From: Atribacterota bacterium
GTDB lineage: Bacteria > Atribacterota > Phoenicimicrobiia > Phoenicimicrobiales > Stramentimicrobiaceae
Direction of reading: 5' to 3'
DNA: 64,000 nucleotides
Assembly: GCA_040767965.1 (NCBI GenBank)
Contig: JAXGNR010000004.1
Coordinates: 448,001-512,000 of the forward strand
Every line of letters starts with the position of its first letter. Positions within the stretch are counted from its first letter, which is position 1. This document shows, piece after piece, positions 10,113 through 20,338 of this stretch. The notes beneath the pieces are model-generated. The model was not told the origin of the DNA. It saw nothing but the letters and a program-made list of their open reading frames with translations, and did not search any database. A program made the translations under genes and the position numbers.

Positions 10113-10226
10113 GTCAATAAACATTATCGACATGATGTAGTCTCGTAAGTAATTGGAATTGCCAGTGCCTTGCCTGAAAGGAACTTTGAAGATGGAAATG
10201 AAGCCAAATAAAAAGAAAGAAAAAAA

Positions 10227-10823
10227 TTGATTACAAATAACCTGAAAATTGGTATAATGGGTGGTGTTTTTGACCCGATTCATATTGGACATTTATTTAC
10301 AGCTGAAGAGGCTAGAATAAAATTTTGCTTGGATAAGATCATTTTTGTTCCTTGTTTGCATCCAACACACAAAAGAAATGATCAAATAACAGATATTAAA
10401 CACCGATTACAAATGTCTTATTTGGCAATTAAAAGTAACCCATTTTTTGAGGTATCCGAAATTGAAATTAATAGGCCTGGCCCTTCTTATACAGTCGATA
10501 CTATAAGAGAATTTAGAGGAATATATGGTTGGAATGCAGATATTTTTTTTATTACCGGAGCAGATGCTTTTTTAGAAATTGAAACATGGTATAAAAAAGA
10601 TGAGTTATTAAAATTATGTAAATTTGTAGCTGCTACCAGACCAGGTTATGATCTGGGAAAGTTAAATACAAATTTCAAAAAAGTGTTATACGTAATGGAA
10701 ATACCATTATTGGCTATTTCATCTACTGATATAAGATATCGAATAAAAAATGATTTAAGTATTAAATATATTGTTTTAGAAAAAGTCAGGGATTACATCT
10801 ATAAAAATAAATTATATAAATAA
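10227..10823 (+). CDS. nadD: Nicotinate-nucleotide adenylyltransferase
   Basis: GGVFDPIHIGH, SYTVDT, ITGAD, ISSTDIR. Confidence 0.95.
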   Translation: MITNNLKIGIMGGVFDPIHIGHLFTAEEARIKFCLDKIIFVPCLHPTHKRNDQITDIKHRLQMSYLAIKSNPFFEVSEIEINRPGPSYTVDTIREFRGIYGWNADIFFITGADAFLEIETWYKKDELLKLCKFVAATRPGYDLGKLNTNFKKVLYVMEIPLLAISSTDIRYRIKNDLSIKYIVLEKVRDYIYKNKLYK

Positions 10824-10833
10824 TAATAACAAA

Positions 10834-11466
10834 ATGATGCAAACAGGTATAGGTATCGGAATAGATTTTATTGAAAAAAAGTTAAAAAATTTATTGAGCG
10901 AAGAAAGATTTTTGCACTGTAAACAGGTTAGTAAAATGGCTGGGGAAATTGCCGAACATCATAATGAATCTGTTCAAAAAGCTGTTATTACGGGATTGAT
11001 CCATGATGTTGCAAAAGACCTTTCTTGTATCGATTTAAATAGAATGATTAAAAAATATAACATAAAACTTAGCAGTATTGAAAAAAAAATACCGGAAATA
11101 TGGCATGCATATATCGGTGCTGAGATGTTAAAAGATCTATTCAATATAAACGATGAACAAATTGTAAATGCCATCAAATACCACAGTACAGCTTCTGAAA
11201 CTCTTGGAGAGTTAGGCAAAATAATTTATATAGCTGACAAGATTGAACCAAATAGAAATTTCCCGGAAGCAGAAAAAATAAGAAATCTGGTATGGTATAA
11301 TATCGATTCAGCTATGCTGGAAATATTGAATAGAGAATTAACTTATTTACTCTCTAAAAATAGAGTAATACACCCTGATACTCTAAAAACCAGAAATAAA
11401 CTATTAATAAAAACAAGGGATTGTTATGGGCAGAAGAGATTTGCACAAAAAAAGAAAAACAGTTAA
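10834..11466 (+). CDS. yqeK: HD-domain Ap4A hydrolase YqeK
   Basis: RFLHC, IHDVAK, WHAYIGA, YHS, ADKIEP; adjacent to nadD. Confidence 0.88.
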   Translation: MMQTGIGIGIDFIEKKLKNLLSEERFLHCKQVSKMAGEIAEHHNESVQKAVITGLIHDVAKDLSCIDLNRMIKKYNIKLSSIEKKIPEIWHAYIGAEMLKDLFNINDEQIVNAIKYHSTASETLGELGKIIYIADKIEPNRNFPEAEKIRNLVWYNIDSAMLEILNRELTYLLSKNRVIHPDTLKTRNKLLIKTRDCYGQKRFAQKKKNS

Positions 11467-12583
11467 GAAGAAATATCTACAAATTACTTTTTTGGTAATT
11501 TTACTTATTGCCTGCTTTACTGGGTTGTACCTTTTTAATATTTTTCCTTTTAGTTCTGATATATTTGCTTATGACAGACTTAATATATTGGCCGTCGGAA
11601 CCGATAGTGTTGAAAGTAAAGGTAGGGCTGACACAATACTTGTTTTAAGTCTGTCTCCCAAAACAAAAGAAACAATCTTGTTTTCTATTCCAAGGGACAC
11701 CAGGGTAATGGTACCTGGCAGGGGAATGGATAAGATAAACCATGCTTTTGCTTATGGTGATATAGATTTACTGGAAAAAACTGTTGAAGAGTATATAGGA
11801 TTACCTATTCACTATTATGGAGTATTGGATTTCGAAGGTTTCCAGTACATTATTGATGCCCTTGGTGGAGTGAGCATAGATGTGGAAAAAAATATGTATT
11901 ATGTTGATAATGCTGGAGATTTAATAATAAATCTACATAGCGGCCCACAGATTCTGGATGGAGAAAAGGCATTGCAATATGTACGTTTCAGGCTTGATAG
12001 TCTTGGAGACTTAGGAAGGATACAGAGACAGCAGAAACTCATTAATGCTGTTATTGAAAAAATATTACAATTCGATAGTATGGTAAAAATTCCCAATATC
12101 ATAAATAGCCTAAAAGAGTATATTCGTACAAACATGGATACCAACGAAATCTTATCCCTGGCCAGACTGATGAAGGATATAGATAAGAATAAAATCTGGA
12201 TAGAAACTATTCAAGGTGAGCCTAGATATATAAATGGGATTAGCTATCTGGTAAATGATGAAGAAGAAGTCAGGAAAAAAGTTAGTTTCCTCATAGAAAA
12301 CAGCTATAAAGGGCTTACAATTGAAGTATTGAATGGGAATCAAATGCCAGGGGTCGCCCATAGAGTTGCTAATAAAATGGAGCAATTAGGATTTAAAGTG
12401 ATTAATGTTGATAATGCTGATAATTTTAATTATCAAAAAACAGTATTAATTATAAATAAAAAGAATATCCAGGCTGATAAATATATCAATGAATTTTTTG
12501 ACGATTTAGAAGTTATACGTAGAGACCAACCTCAAAGCGAAGCTGATATGACTATAATAATAGGAAAAAATATGATATACTAA
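11426..12583 (+). CDS. LCP (LytR-CpsA-Psr) family protein with LytR C-terminal domain
   Basis: N-terminal TM; RADTI, SIPRDT, KINHA, YVRFR, DLGRIQRQQ; C-terminal EVLNGN...IIIGK. Confidence 0.9.
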   Translation: MGRRDLHKKRKTVKKKYLQITFLVILLIACFTGLYLFNIFPFSSDIFAYDRLNILAVGTDSVESKGRADTILVLSLSPKTKETILFSIPRDTRVMVPGRGMDKINHAFAYGDIDLLEKTVEEYIGLPIHYYGVLDFEGFQYIIDALGGVSIDVEKNMYYVDNAGDLIINLHSGPQILDGEKALQYVRFRLDSLGDLGRIQRQQKLINAVIEKILQFDSMVKIPNIINSLKEYIRTNMDTNEILSLARLMKDIDKNKIWIETIQGEPRYINGISYLVNDEEEVRKKVSFLIENSYKGLTIEVLNGNQMPGVAHRVANKMEQLGFKVINVDNADNFNYQKTVLIINKKNIQADKYINEFFDDLEVIRRDQPQSEADMTIIIGKNMIY

Positions 12584-12719
12584 ATCAGTTATTTTAATTA
12601 GCAATTATTATGTTTTATAGTGTGAACTCTATATTTAATAAGTATTTTTTTTATAAAAATAAAAAAGAAAAAATTTTCAAAATAAATATTAAACTAATAA
12701 CACAAAAGGAGAAGTTTGC

Positions 12720-13067
12720 TTGAAAAATAATGCTAAAGAAATAGCTCTTTTCTTTGCAAAGACTTTACATGAAAAAAATGCAAAAGATACGGTAATTTTA
12801 AATATTTCAAATATATCAATAATTGCTGACTATTTTATTATTGCAACTGCACAATCTCCAACACATATAAAAGCATTGTCCAATTCTCTTTTAGAAAAAT
12901 TAAAAGAAAATGATATAAATAGAAATGCGGTATTTGAAGGGAATCATAACACTGGATGGCTTTTAATAGATTGTGGCGACATTGTTGTTCATCTGTTTTT
13001 AGAAGAAAAAAGAGACTATTACAATCTTGAATATGTTTGGCAAGAAGCAGAAAAAATATTCTTTTAA
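12720..13067 (+). CDS. rsfS: Ribosome silencing factor
   Basis: ADYFIIAT, WLLIDCGDIVVHLF, RDYYNLEYVW. Confidence 0.95.
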   Translation: MKNNAKEIALFFAKTLHEKNAKDTVILNISNISIIADYFIIATAQSPTHIKALSNSLLEKLKENDINRNAVFEGNHNTGWLLIDCGDIVVHLFLEEKRDYYNLEYVWQEAEKIFF

Positions 13068-13117
13068 GTAAGATAATCTTTTAATAATATGCTCCGTAAA
13101 GATAAAGGAGGTTTATT

Positions 13118-13522
13118 ATGGTTAGTGGTGGAAGAAGTTCGGGAAATTGGGTTTTTGGATTAATCATTCTAATTATCGGGATAATATTTTTAGTAGAAAA
13201 TTTAATTGGAATGGAAATCTGGGACAAGGTCTGGCTGTTCTGGCCTTTTTTGCTTATGCTTTGGGGATTGGTGGAATTATTTCAAAAGAAGTCTATTTTT
13301 TTTGGGATAATATTACTCGGACTCGGGATATTATTCCTAGCAAAAAATTTAGACTTATTTCAATGGTCGGAATCAATATGGAAGTTTTGGCCAATTATAA
13401 TCATTGCGATAGGCGTCGATCAGCTATTTAAAAAAACAGAAGAGCCAACAATTCTAAAAAGCAATATGAAAAAACAGAAAGGAAAAAAAGAAATGATTAC
13501 TCAAGAAGATGAAATTATCTGA
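13118..13522 (+). CDS. LiaF/LiaI-like (DUF5668-type) membrane protein
   Basis: Two repeats of GxILxxxG...FWP hydrophobic hairpins. Confidence 0.7.
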   Translation: MVSGGRSSGNWVFGLIILIIGIIFLVENLIGMEIWDKVWLFWPFLLMLWGLVELFQKKSIFFGIILLGLGILFLAKNLDLFQWSESIWKFWPIIIIAIGVDQLFKKTEEPTILKSNMKKQKGKKEMITQEDEII

Positions 13523-13553
13523 AATTAGTAGTCATTATAGAATAAACAAATAG

Positions 13554-14234
13554 ATGTTAGGAACAATTGTAAACAGCTTGGCTATTGTTTTTGGATGTAT
13601 TGTAGGATTATTTTTAAAGGAACGCTTCCCTGAAAAGATAGGTATCATTTTATTCCAGGGTATTGGTTTAACAACTTTGATGATAGGTGTGCAAATGGCA
13701 GTTCAAGGTACAGAAATCTTACCTATTATTGTTTCAATACTTTTAGGAGGAATGGTAGGAGAATTAATAAATATTGAAAAGAGATTAAATCAGATCGGAA
13801 ATTCCTTAAAAGATAGATTTAGTAAGTTTGATGGAAATGAGAAATTTACTGAAGGATTTATTGCTGCCAGTCTTCTTTTTTGTGTAGGATCGATGGCTAT
13901 TATGGGGGCAATAGAAGAGGGAATCAATAATAATTCCAGTATTTTGTTTGCGAAATCTGCCTTAGATGGTATATCTTCTATAATTTTTTCCGCTTCTTTG
14001 GGTATAGGTGTATTGTTTTCAGCTATACCTGTATTTATATACCAGGGAATAATAACCCAGATTGCTCAATTGGTTAAAAACTTGATTACAGTTGAAATGA
14101 TCACTCAGATGACTGCAGTTGGAGGGATTCTTATTATTGGCTTAGGTATAAATATTTTAGAAATAAAGAAAATAAAAGTAGCTAATTTATTACCTTCAAT
14201 TTTTATTATTCTAATTTTTACTGCTTTCTTATAA
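13554..14234 (+). CDS. DUF554 family membrane protein
   Basis: GTIVN, FCVGSMAIMGAI, KSALDG, VANLLP. Confidence 0.85.
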   Translation: MLGTIVNSLAIVFGCIVGLFLKERFPEKIGIILFQGIGLTTLMIGVQMAVQGTEILPIIVSILLGGMVGELINIEKRLNQIGNSLKDRFSKFDGNEKFTEGFIAASLLFCVGSMAIMGAIEEGINNNSSILFAKSALDGISSIIFSASLGIGVLFSAIPVFIYQGIITQIAQLVKNLITVEMITQMTAVGGILIIGLGINILEIKKIKVANLLPSIFIILIFTAFL

Positions 14235-14354
14235 TTTTATAATATTATTTATAAAACTAGTCCAACTATTTTAAATAAAAGATAAAAGGTATAAAATATT
14301 TTCACGTAAAAAATTTAATGAACATAACAGAAGGATTTACCGAAGGAGAAAAAA

Positions 14355-15566
14355 ATGCCAAATACAAAAGCATCAATTTACTTAAGAGATATTGAAAAAG
14401 AAATTCTAATTAACAAAAAAGTAATAGTAAGAGTTGATTACAATGTACCCCTTGATAAAAAATTGGCTGTTACGGATGATTCAAGAATATTAGCTACCTT
14501 AGAAACAATAAAATACCTTTTATCAGCTGGTTGTAAAGTAATTTTAATGAGTCATTTAGGTAGGCCAAACGGAGAATCAAACAACAAATTAAAACTTGAT
14601 CCTGTAGCCAGGAAATTAGAAGATTTACTGCAAAAGAAGGTAATAAAACTGGATGACTGTATAGGGCAAGATGTAAAGAAGTTCATCTCCGACTCGAATA
14701 ATGGTGAATTAATTTTATTAGAAAATTTAAGATTCTATAAAGAAGAAGAAGAAAATGATGAATATTTTGCTAAAGAACTGGCTTCTTTGGCAGATATATA
14801 TATAAACGATGCCTTTGGAGCTGCACACCGAGCGCATGCTTCTACCGTTGGTATCACATCTTTTGTTCCATCCTATATTGGTTTTCTTATGGAAAAAGAA
14901 ATAAAAACACTTGATAAATTGATTAAAAATCCTGATAGGCCTTTTGTATCGGTTATTGGAGGGGCTAAGGTTCGGGATAAAATTACAATTTTAGAAAAAT
15001 TAGTGGATATATCTGATATCTTGCTAATTGGAGGAGGTATGGCTTATACTTTTTTAGCAGCACTTGGCTATGAAGTAGGTAGATCAATACTTGAGAAGGA
15101 ATACATAGAAAATGTTAAAAAAATATTAGGGATAGCAAAAAAGAAAAATAAAGAAATTGTGATACCTGTTGATTCTCTGGTTGCCGATGAATTCGCAGAA
15201 GATGCTATTGCCTATAATGTTCCCGTTGATAAAATACCTCCAAAAATGATGGGGATGGATATCGGTGAAAAAACTATAAGAATTTTTCAGAAAAAAATTG
15301 AAAATGCTAAAACATTATTTTGGAATGGACCTTTAGGTGTTTTTGAAATGAGAAAATTTTCTAAAGGCACAAACAAGATAGCTGCAAAGATTGCCACCTT
15401 GGAAGAAAGATGTTTTACTGTAATCGGAGGAGGAGATTCGATAGCAGCTATAAACAAAATTGGTTTAGCAGGAAATATTTCCCATATTTCAACTGGTGGT
15501 GGTGCGTCTATGGAATATTTAAGCGGTGAAAAATTACCAGGAATTGAGGCAATTAAAAATAAATGA
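14355..15566 (+). CDS. pgk: Phosphoglycerate kinase
   Basis: RVDYNVP, SHLGRP, NDAFGAAHRAHAS, WNGPLG, STGGGASME. Confidence 0.98.
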   Translation: MPNTKASIYLRDIEKEILINKKVIVRVDYNVPLDKKLAVTDDSRILATLETIKYLLSAGCKVILMSHLGRPNGESNNKLKLDPVARKLEDLLQKKVIKLDDCIGQDVKKFISDSNNGELILLENLRFYKEEEENDEYFAKELASLADIYINDAFGAAHRAHASTVGITSFVPSYIGFLMEKEIKTLDKLIKNPDRPFVSVIGGAKVRDKITILEKLVDISDILLIGGGMAYTFLAALGYEVGRSILEKEYIENVKKILGIAKKKNKEIVIPVDSLVADEFAEDAIAYNVPVDKIPPKMMGMDIGEKTIRIFQKKIENAKTLFWNGPLGVFEMRKFSKGTNKIAAKIATLEERCFTVIGGGDSIAAINKIGLAGNISHISTGGGASMEYLSGEKLPGIEAIKNK

Positions 15567-15699
15567 TAACTTATTCTTTGAAATTACTTTAAAAATTGAA
15601 AGGCAATGGATCTTTAACCATTTCCATTCAATTTAAATATGATCAAAAATTGTTTGTAATTTTGTACAAACAGTTTTTGACAGTATTTTGATTAGAGGT

Positions 15700-15727
15700 T
15701 TGACAAAGGGTAAATTTGCGGTATAAT
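15700..15727 (+). promoter_or_regulatory. Sigma-70/A-type promoter for the CsoR-family gene
   Basis: TTGACA (15700-15705)-N16-TATAAT (15722-15727). Confidence 0.7.
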
Positions 15728-15731
15728 TTAA

Positions 15732-15748
15732 ATACCCTAGGGGGGTAT
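15732..15748. promoter_or_regulatory. CsoR/RcnR-type operator
   Basis: ATACCC-TAGGG-GGGTAT inverted repeat with G-tract, between the -10 and the ATG of a CsoR-family gene. Confidence 0.8.
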
Positions 15749-15754
15749 ACAATA

Positions 15755-16039
15755 ATGCCGAACGAAAAAAAAATTACTGATGCAAATAAGTTAAAAATAT
15801 TGCAGCGCTTAAAAAAAATTGAAGGACAGATTAGGGGTATTCAAGGTATGGTTGCTGATGATAGACCTTGTGAAGATTTATTGATACAGGTATCAGCGGT
15901 AAGATCAGCCATTCATAGCATAGGCAAGTTAATACTGGAAGAAAAAGTTAATTCCTGTTTCCATTATTCTAAAAAAATATATTTAACCCAAAGTGCTATT
16001 GATGAAATAATAGAACTAATTATTAAGTTTGTACAATAA
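15755..16039 (+). CDS. CsoR/RcnR/CstR family transcriptional repressor
   Basis: RLKKIEGQIRGIQGMV..RPCEDLLIQVSAVRSA; start reassigned to ATG 15755, downstream of the promoter. Confidence 0.9.
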   Translation: MPNEKKITDANKLKILQRLKKIEGQIRGIQGMVADDRPCEDLLIQVSAVRSAIHSIGKLILEEKVNSCFHYSKKIYLTQSAIDEIIELIIKFVQ

Positions 16040-16040
16040 A

Positions 16041-16070
16041 TTGACATTTTTAAGATTATTACCATATAAT
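16041..16070 (+). promoter_or_regulatory. Internal sigma-A-type promoter upstream of mcsA
   Basis: TTGACA (16041-16046)-N18-TATAAT (16065-16070). Confidence 0.65.
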
Positions 16071-16107
16071 CAAGCTGAAATTAATCAGCGAAAGAAGGCC
16101 ATAAAAA

Positions 16108-16650
16108 ATGTTATGCCAGATATGTAAAAAAAATGAAGCAACGATAAAAATTGTTAAGGTTATTGGAATGAATAAAACAGAGATAGATGTTTGTAGTGAT
16201 TGTGCTAAATATTTAATGGGGAACAGCAATACTTCTATTTCCTTTACCAAGAATAGTATTAATGACATCCTGGTAAATTTATTAAATGCTTTTTACAATC
16301 ATACCCAAGAAGAAATATCAGTTGATGAATCATTAGAGAAGAAGTGTCCTAATTGCGGACTAACTTATTCTGAATTTTTAAAATCAGGTAAGCTAGGATG
16401 TGATAAATGTTATGATGTTTATGAAAAACATATCAAACCTCTTCTAAGTCGTTTACATGGAAATTATGTACATGTGGGAAAGATGCCAAAAGCAATTAAG
16501 ATAAATTTAAATAGGATGAAAAAGATTCAGATAAAAAAAGAAGAACTGCAGAAAGCTATTAAAGAAGAAGAATATGAAAAAGCAGCGGTTTTAAGAGATC
16601 AAATTATTGAAGAAGAGAAAAAAGCTGGATTTGATAAAAATGATAAATGA
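16108..16650 (+). CDS. mcsA: Protein-arginine kinase activator McsA
   Basis: Four CxxC motifs, GKLGCDKCY, C-terminal UVR (EEYEKAAVLRDQI). Confidence 0.92.
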   Translation: MLCQICKKNEATIKIVKVIGMNKTEIDVCSDCAKYLMGNSNTSISFTKNSINDILVNLLNAFYNHTQEEISVDESLEKKCPNCGLTYSEFLKSGKLGCDKCYDVYEKHIKPLLSRLHGNYVHVGKMPKAIKINLNRMKKIQIKKEELQKAIKEEEYEKAAVLRDQIIEEEKKAGFDKNDK

Positions 16651-17710
16651 TAGTAAAAAGTTATTATTAAAAGAGCTTCGAGATTCTACTGCTTACTGGG
16701 TAAATGGTAGCGGGCCTATGAATCATACAGTGGTAAGCTCTAGAATTAGATTGGCCAGAAACATAAAAGAAATACCATTTCCCCATAGAGCAACTGAGTA
16801 CCAATTAAAAGAAGTTTTGCAAAAAAGCGAAAAAAATATAAGAGGAAATAATCATTTTCTTAATTTTAAAATATTAAAATTAGATGAACTGGAAGAAATT
16901 GATATTTGTTTTTTGGTAGAGAAAAGGCTAATAAGTTTGCTGCTTGCACAGTTTGCAAAACCATTTAGAGCACTTATATACAGAACTGATGAGAGTATTA
17001 GTGTTATGATAAATGAGGAAGATCACTATCGAATACAATGTATGTTACCAGGGTTTCAACTAAAAAAAGTTTGGGAAATGACTGAAAATTGCGATAATCG
17101 AATAGCTGAAAATATTGAATACGCATTTAGTAAAAAATATGGATATTTAACAAGTTGTCCAACAAATGTTGGAACCGGGTTAAGAGCGTCAGTAATGCTT
17201 CATTTGCCAGGATTAATCATAAGTAATCAGTTAAATGATTTAATGAACAGTATCAGCAATCAAGGTTTCGCTATAAGAGGTTTTTATGGAGAAGGTACTG
17301 ATTTTCTAGGAAGCCTGTTCCAGATATCCAATCAATATACATTGGGATTAAATGAAAAGGAAATCATCGACAAATTAGAAACAGTAACAAATAATCTTGT
17401 TAAAAAAGAGCAAAAAGCCAGAGAAGATTTAATTTTCCATTCTAAACAAAAAATTGAAGATCAAATAATGCGTGCTTATGGAATTCTGATAAATGCAAGG
17501 ATTATTTCCACTAGTGAAGCAGTAAATTTGTTATCTCTGGTAAGATTTGGAATAGAAACAGGAATTTTAGTAAAGGTTGGTTATGATACAATTAATAAAT
17601 TAATGTTAGTTATCCAACCAGCATATTTGCAATTAGTTAATGACAAGAAAATGGATAAGGAAGAAAGAGGTTCAGCGAGGGCAACATTAATACAAGAACT
17701 TATAAAATAG
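16640..17710 (+). CDS. mcsB: Protein arginine kinase McsB
   Basis: SSRIRLARN, INEEDH, CPTNVGTGLRAS; ATG 16640 overlaps mcsA. Confidence 0.95.
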   Translation: MINDSKKLLLKELRDSTAYWVNGSGPMNHTVVSSRIRLARNIKEIPFPHRATEYQLKEVLQKSEKNIRGNNHFLNFKILKLDELEEIDICFLVEKRLISLLLAQFAKPFRALIYRTDESISVMINEEDHYRIQCMLPGFQLKKVWEMTENCDNRIAENIEYAFSKKYGYLTSCPTNVGTGLRASVMLHLPGLIISNQLNDLMNSISNQGFAIRGFYGEGTDFLGSLFQISNQYTLGLNEKEIIDKLETVTNNLVKKEQKAREDLIFHSKQKIEDQIMRAYGILINARIISTSEAVNLLSLVRFGIETGILVKVGYDTINKLMLVIQPAYLQLVNDKKMDKEERGSARATLIQELIK

Positions 17711-17814
17711 GTTTTATGGTTTTATGATTGTATATTATTAATTTGAAGAATGGTAAAAAGTTTTAATCTATTTTGAACTAGATATTTTGAAATAATTGAG
17801 GGAAGGATAAAAAA

Positions 17815-20295
17815 ATGTTTAAGAGATACACAGAAAAAGTACGGAAGGTTATTATGATGGCACAGGAAGAAGCCGTTAATCTTAATCATAACTATATTGG
17901 GACCGAACATATTTTAGTAGGCCTGGTAAAAGAAAATGAAGGAATTGCCGGAAAAGTTTTACGTGAATTAGGAGTAGAACCTGAAAAATTAATTGAAGAA
18001 ATAGAAAAAATTGTTGGCAAGGGAGAATACCAGGAAGTAAGTGAAATTACCTTTACTCCAAGAGCGAAAAAAGTGTTAGAATTAGCATCTCAGGAAGCTA
18101 GTCAGCTGGGGCAAAACTATATCGGAACTGAGCATATACTATTAGGATTATTGAAAGAAGGCAGTGGAGTAGCCACAAGAATATTGACAGATATGGGTAT
18201 TGATCTTGATAGCATATATTCTCAGGTAATGAAAGTTTTAATGGAAAGCGGGCAATCTGAAACAACATCTACCGGAGGGAGTATTCGCAAAGAAAGTAAA
18301 GTTCCGACATTAGATGAGTTTGGCAGGGATTTAACTGAACTCGCAAAAGAAGACAAGCTTGACCCTGTAGTTGGCAGAAGCAATGAAATACAAAGAGTAA
18401 TACAAATATTAAGCCGCAGAAAAAAGAACAACCCTTGTCTTATCGGAGAAGCGGGAGTAGGGAAAACAGCTATTGTTGAAGGATTAGCACAAAAAATTGC
18501 TGATAATGATGTTCCTGAAATATTGAAAAACAAAAGAATTATTTCTTTAGACTTAGCTTTGATAGTCGCAGGAACCAAATATCGGGGTGAATTTGAAAAG
18601 AGACTTAAAAAGATTGTCAAAGAAGTGCAAAACTCAAATGATGTAATTCTTTTTATTGATGAATTTCATACTTTAGTTGGAGCTGGTGCCGCTGAAGGAG
18701 CTATAGATGCTTCAAACATCTTAAAACCTGCTCTGGCAAGAGGGGAGATACAAGCAATTGGTGCAACTACTACTGATGAATATAGAAAATATATTGAAAA
18801 AGATAAAGCTTTAGAAAGAAGATTCCAGCCAATATATGTTCTTGAACCATCCATTGAAGAGGCAATTCAAATACTAACAGGATTAAGAGATAAATATGAA
18901 GCTCATCATAAGCTTACTATTTCTGACCAGTCACTGGTTTCCGCTGTAAAATTATCAGCAAGATATGTATCAGGTCGTTTTTTACCTGATAAAGCCATAG
19001 ATGTCATTGATGAAGCATCTTCAAAAGTAAAACTAAAAAATACAGTTTATCCTCCTGATGTAAAAGAAGTAGAAAATCAACTTTTAAAAGTTAGAAGAGA
19101 AAAAGAAACAGCGGTAAAATTACAGGAATTTGAGAAAGCTGCCAGACTGAGAGACAAGGAAAGAAAATGTATGGAAAAATACAGCGAGATAAAAAAAGAA
19201 TGGGAAACCGGTAGAACAAAAGAAAAAATAGAAGTTACAGTAGAAGATGTTGCTGAAGTAGTTTCTAGCTGGAGTGGAGTTCCGGTTTATTCTCTCAAAG
19301 AAGAAGAAGCTAAAAAACTAATCCGAATGGAAGAAGAATTGCACAAAAGAATTGTTGGACAGGATGAAGCCATTAAAGCAATATCCCAATCTGTTCGCAG
19401 GGCTAGAGCAGGAATGAAAGATCCAAAAAGACCCATAGGTTCTTTTATTTTCTTAGGGCCTACAGGTGTGGGCAAAACTGAATTAGCCCGCAGCTTGGCT
19501 GAATTTCTCTTTGGAGACGAAAATGCAATGATAAGCATTGACATGTCTGAATATATGGAAAAATTTGCTGTATCAAGATTGGTAGGAGCTCCTCCAGGGT
19601 ATGTCGGTTATGAAGAAGGCGGACAATTAACAGAAAAAGTTAGAAGAAGACCTTATTCTGTTGTTTTATTGGATGAAATAGAAAAAGCTCATCCTGATGT
19701 ATTTAATATTTTATTACAAATATTTGAAGATGGAAGGTTGACTGATTCGCAAGGCAGAGTAGTAGATTTTAAAAATACTGTTATAATTATGACCTCTAAC
19801 GTTGGAGCAACACTTATAAAAAAAGGAGCTTCATTAGGATTTAGAAGTGCCAATGAACCTGTCCAGATGGACTATAAAGACATAAAAGAAAGAGTAATGG
19901 GAGAATTAAATAAAACCTTTAGACCTGAATTTCTCAACAGAATTGATGAAGTAATTGTCTTTAAAGGCTTAACTCAGACAGAAATTAAAGAAATAGCAGA
20001 CTTGCTTATTACAGAAGTCAAAGAATTGCTTGATGAACAAAAAATTACTGCTACTGTCAAAAATAGCGCAAAGGATATTCTGGCTAAAGAAGGCTATGAC
20101 CCTAATTTTGGAGCACGTCCATTGAGAAGGACCATTGAAAGGCTAATTGAAAATCCCATCTCTGAGAAAATCCTTTCTGGTGAATTTAAAGAAAATGATC
20201 ACATTATAATCAGAGGGAAAAGTGGTAAAATAGTATTGGAAAAAAGTAAAGATAAATCAAAAAAAATAAAAACAAAAGATAAAGATAATGAGTAA
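17815..20295 (+). CDS. clpC: ATP-dependent Clp protease ATP-binding subunit ClpC
   Basis: Clp-N repeats (GTEHIL x2), Walker A GEAGVGKT and [12 protein letters not shown]-domain. Confidence 0.96.
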   Translation: MFKRYTEKVRKVIMMAQEEAVNLNHNYIGTEHILVGLVKENEGIAGKVLRELGVEPEKLIEEIEKIVGKGEYQEVSEITFTPRAKKVLELASQEASQLGQNYIGTEHILLGLLKEGSGVATRILTDMGIDLDSIYSQVMKVLMESGQSETTSTGGSIRKESKVPTLDEFGRDLTELAKEDKLDPVVGRSNEIQRVIQILSRRKKNNPCLIGEAGVGKTAIVEGLAQKIADNDVPEILKNKRIISLDLALIVAGTKYRGEFEKRLKKIVKEVQNSNDVILFIDEFHTLVGAGAAEGAIDASNILKPALARGEIQAIGATTTDEYRKYIEKDKALERRFQPIYVLEPSIEEAIQILTGLRDKYEAHHKLTISDQSLVSAVKLSARYVSGRFLPDKAIDVIDEASSKVKLKNTVYPPDVKEVENQLLKVRREKETAVKLQEFEKAARLRDKERKCMEKYSEIKKEWETGRTKEKIEVTVEDVAEVVSSWSGVPVYSLKEEEAKKLIRMEEELHKRIVGQDEAIKAISQSVRRARAGMKDPKRPIGSFIFLGPTGVGKTELARSLAEFLFGDENAMISIDMSEYMEKFAVSRLVGAPPGYVGYEEGGQLTEKVRRRPYSVVLLDEIEKAHPDVFNILLQIFEDGRLTDSQGRVVDFKNTVIIMTSNVGATLIKKGASLGFRSANEPVQMDYKDIKERVMGELNKTFRPEFLNRIDEVIVFKGLTQTEIKEIADLLITEVKELLDEQKITATVKNSAKDILAKEGYDPNFGARPLRRTIERLIENPISEKILSGEFKENDHIIIRGKSGKIVLEKSKDKSKKIKTKDKDNE

Positions 20296-20338
20296 TTTTA
20301 AAACAGAATAATACTTTCATTTGGGGAGCAATTAAAAA

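Noticed and set aside
15596-15630. Hairpin after pgk as a structured ncRNA
   Set aside because: Short imperfect stem best explained as a weak terminator, with no further support
15716-15754. N-terminal extension of the CsoR ORF from TTG 15716
   Set aside because: It overlaps the -10 box and operator; ATG 15755 fits the family length better
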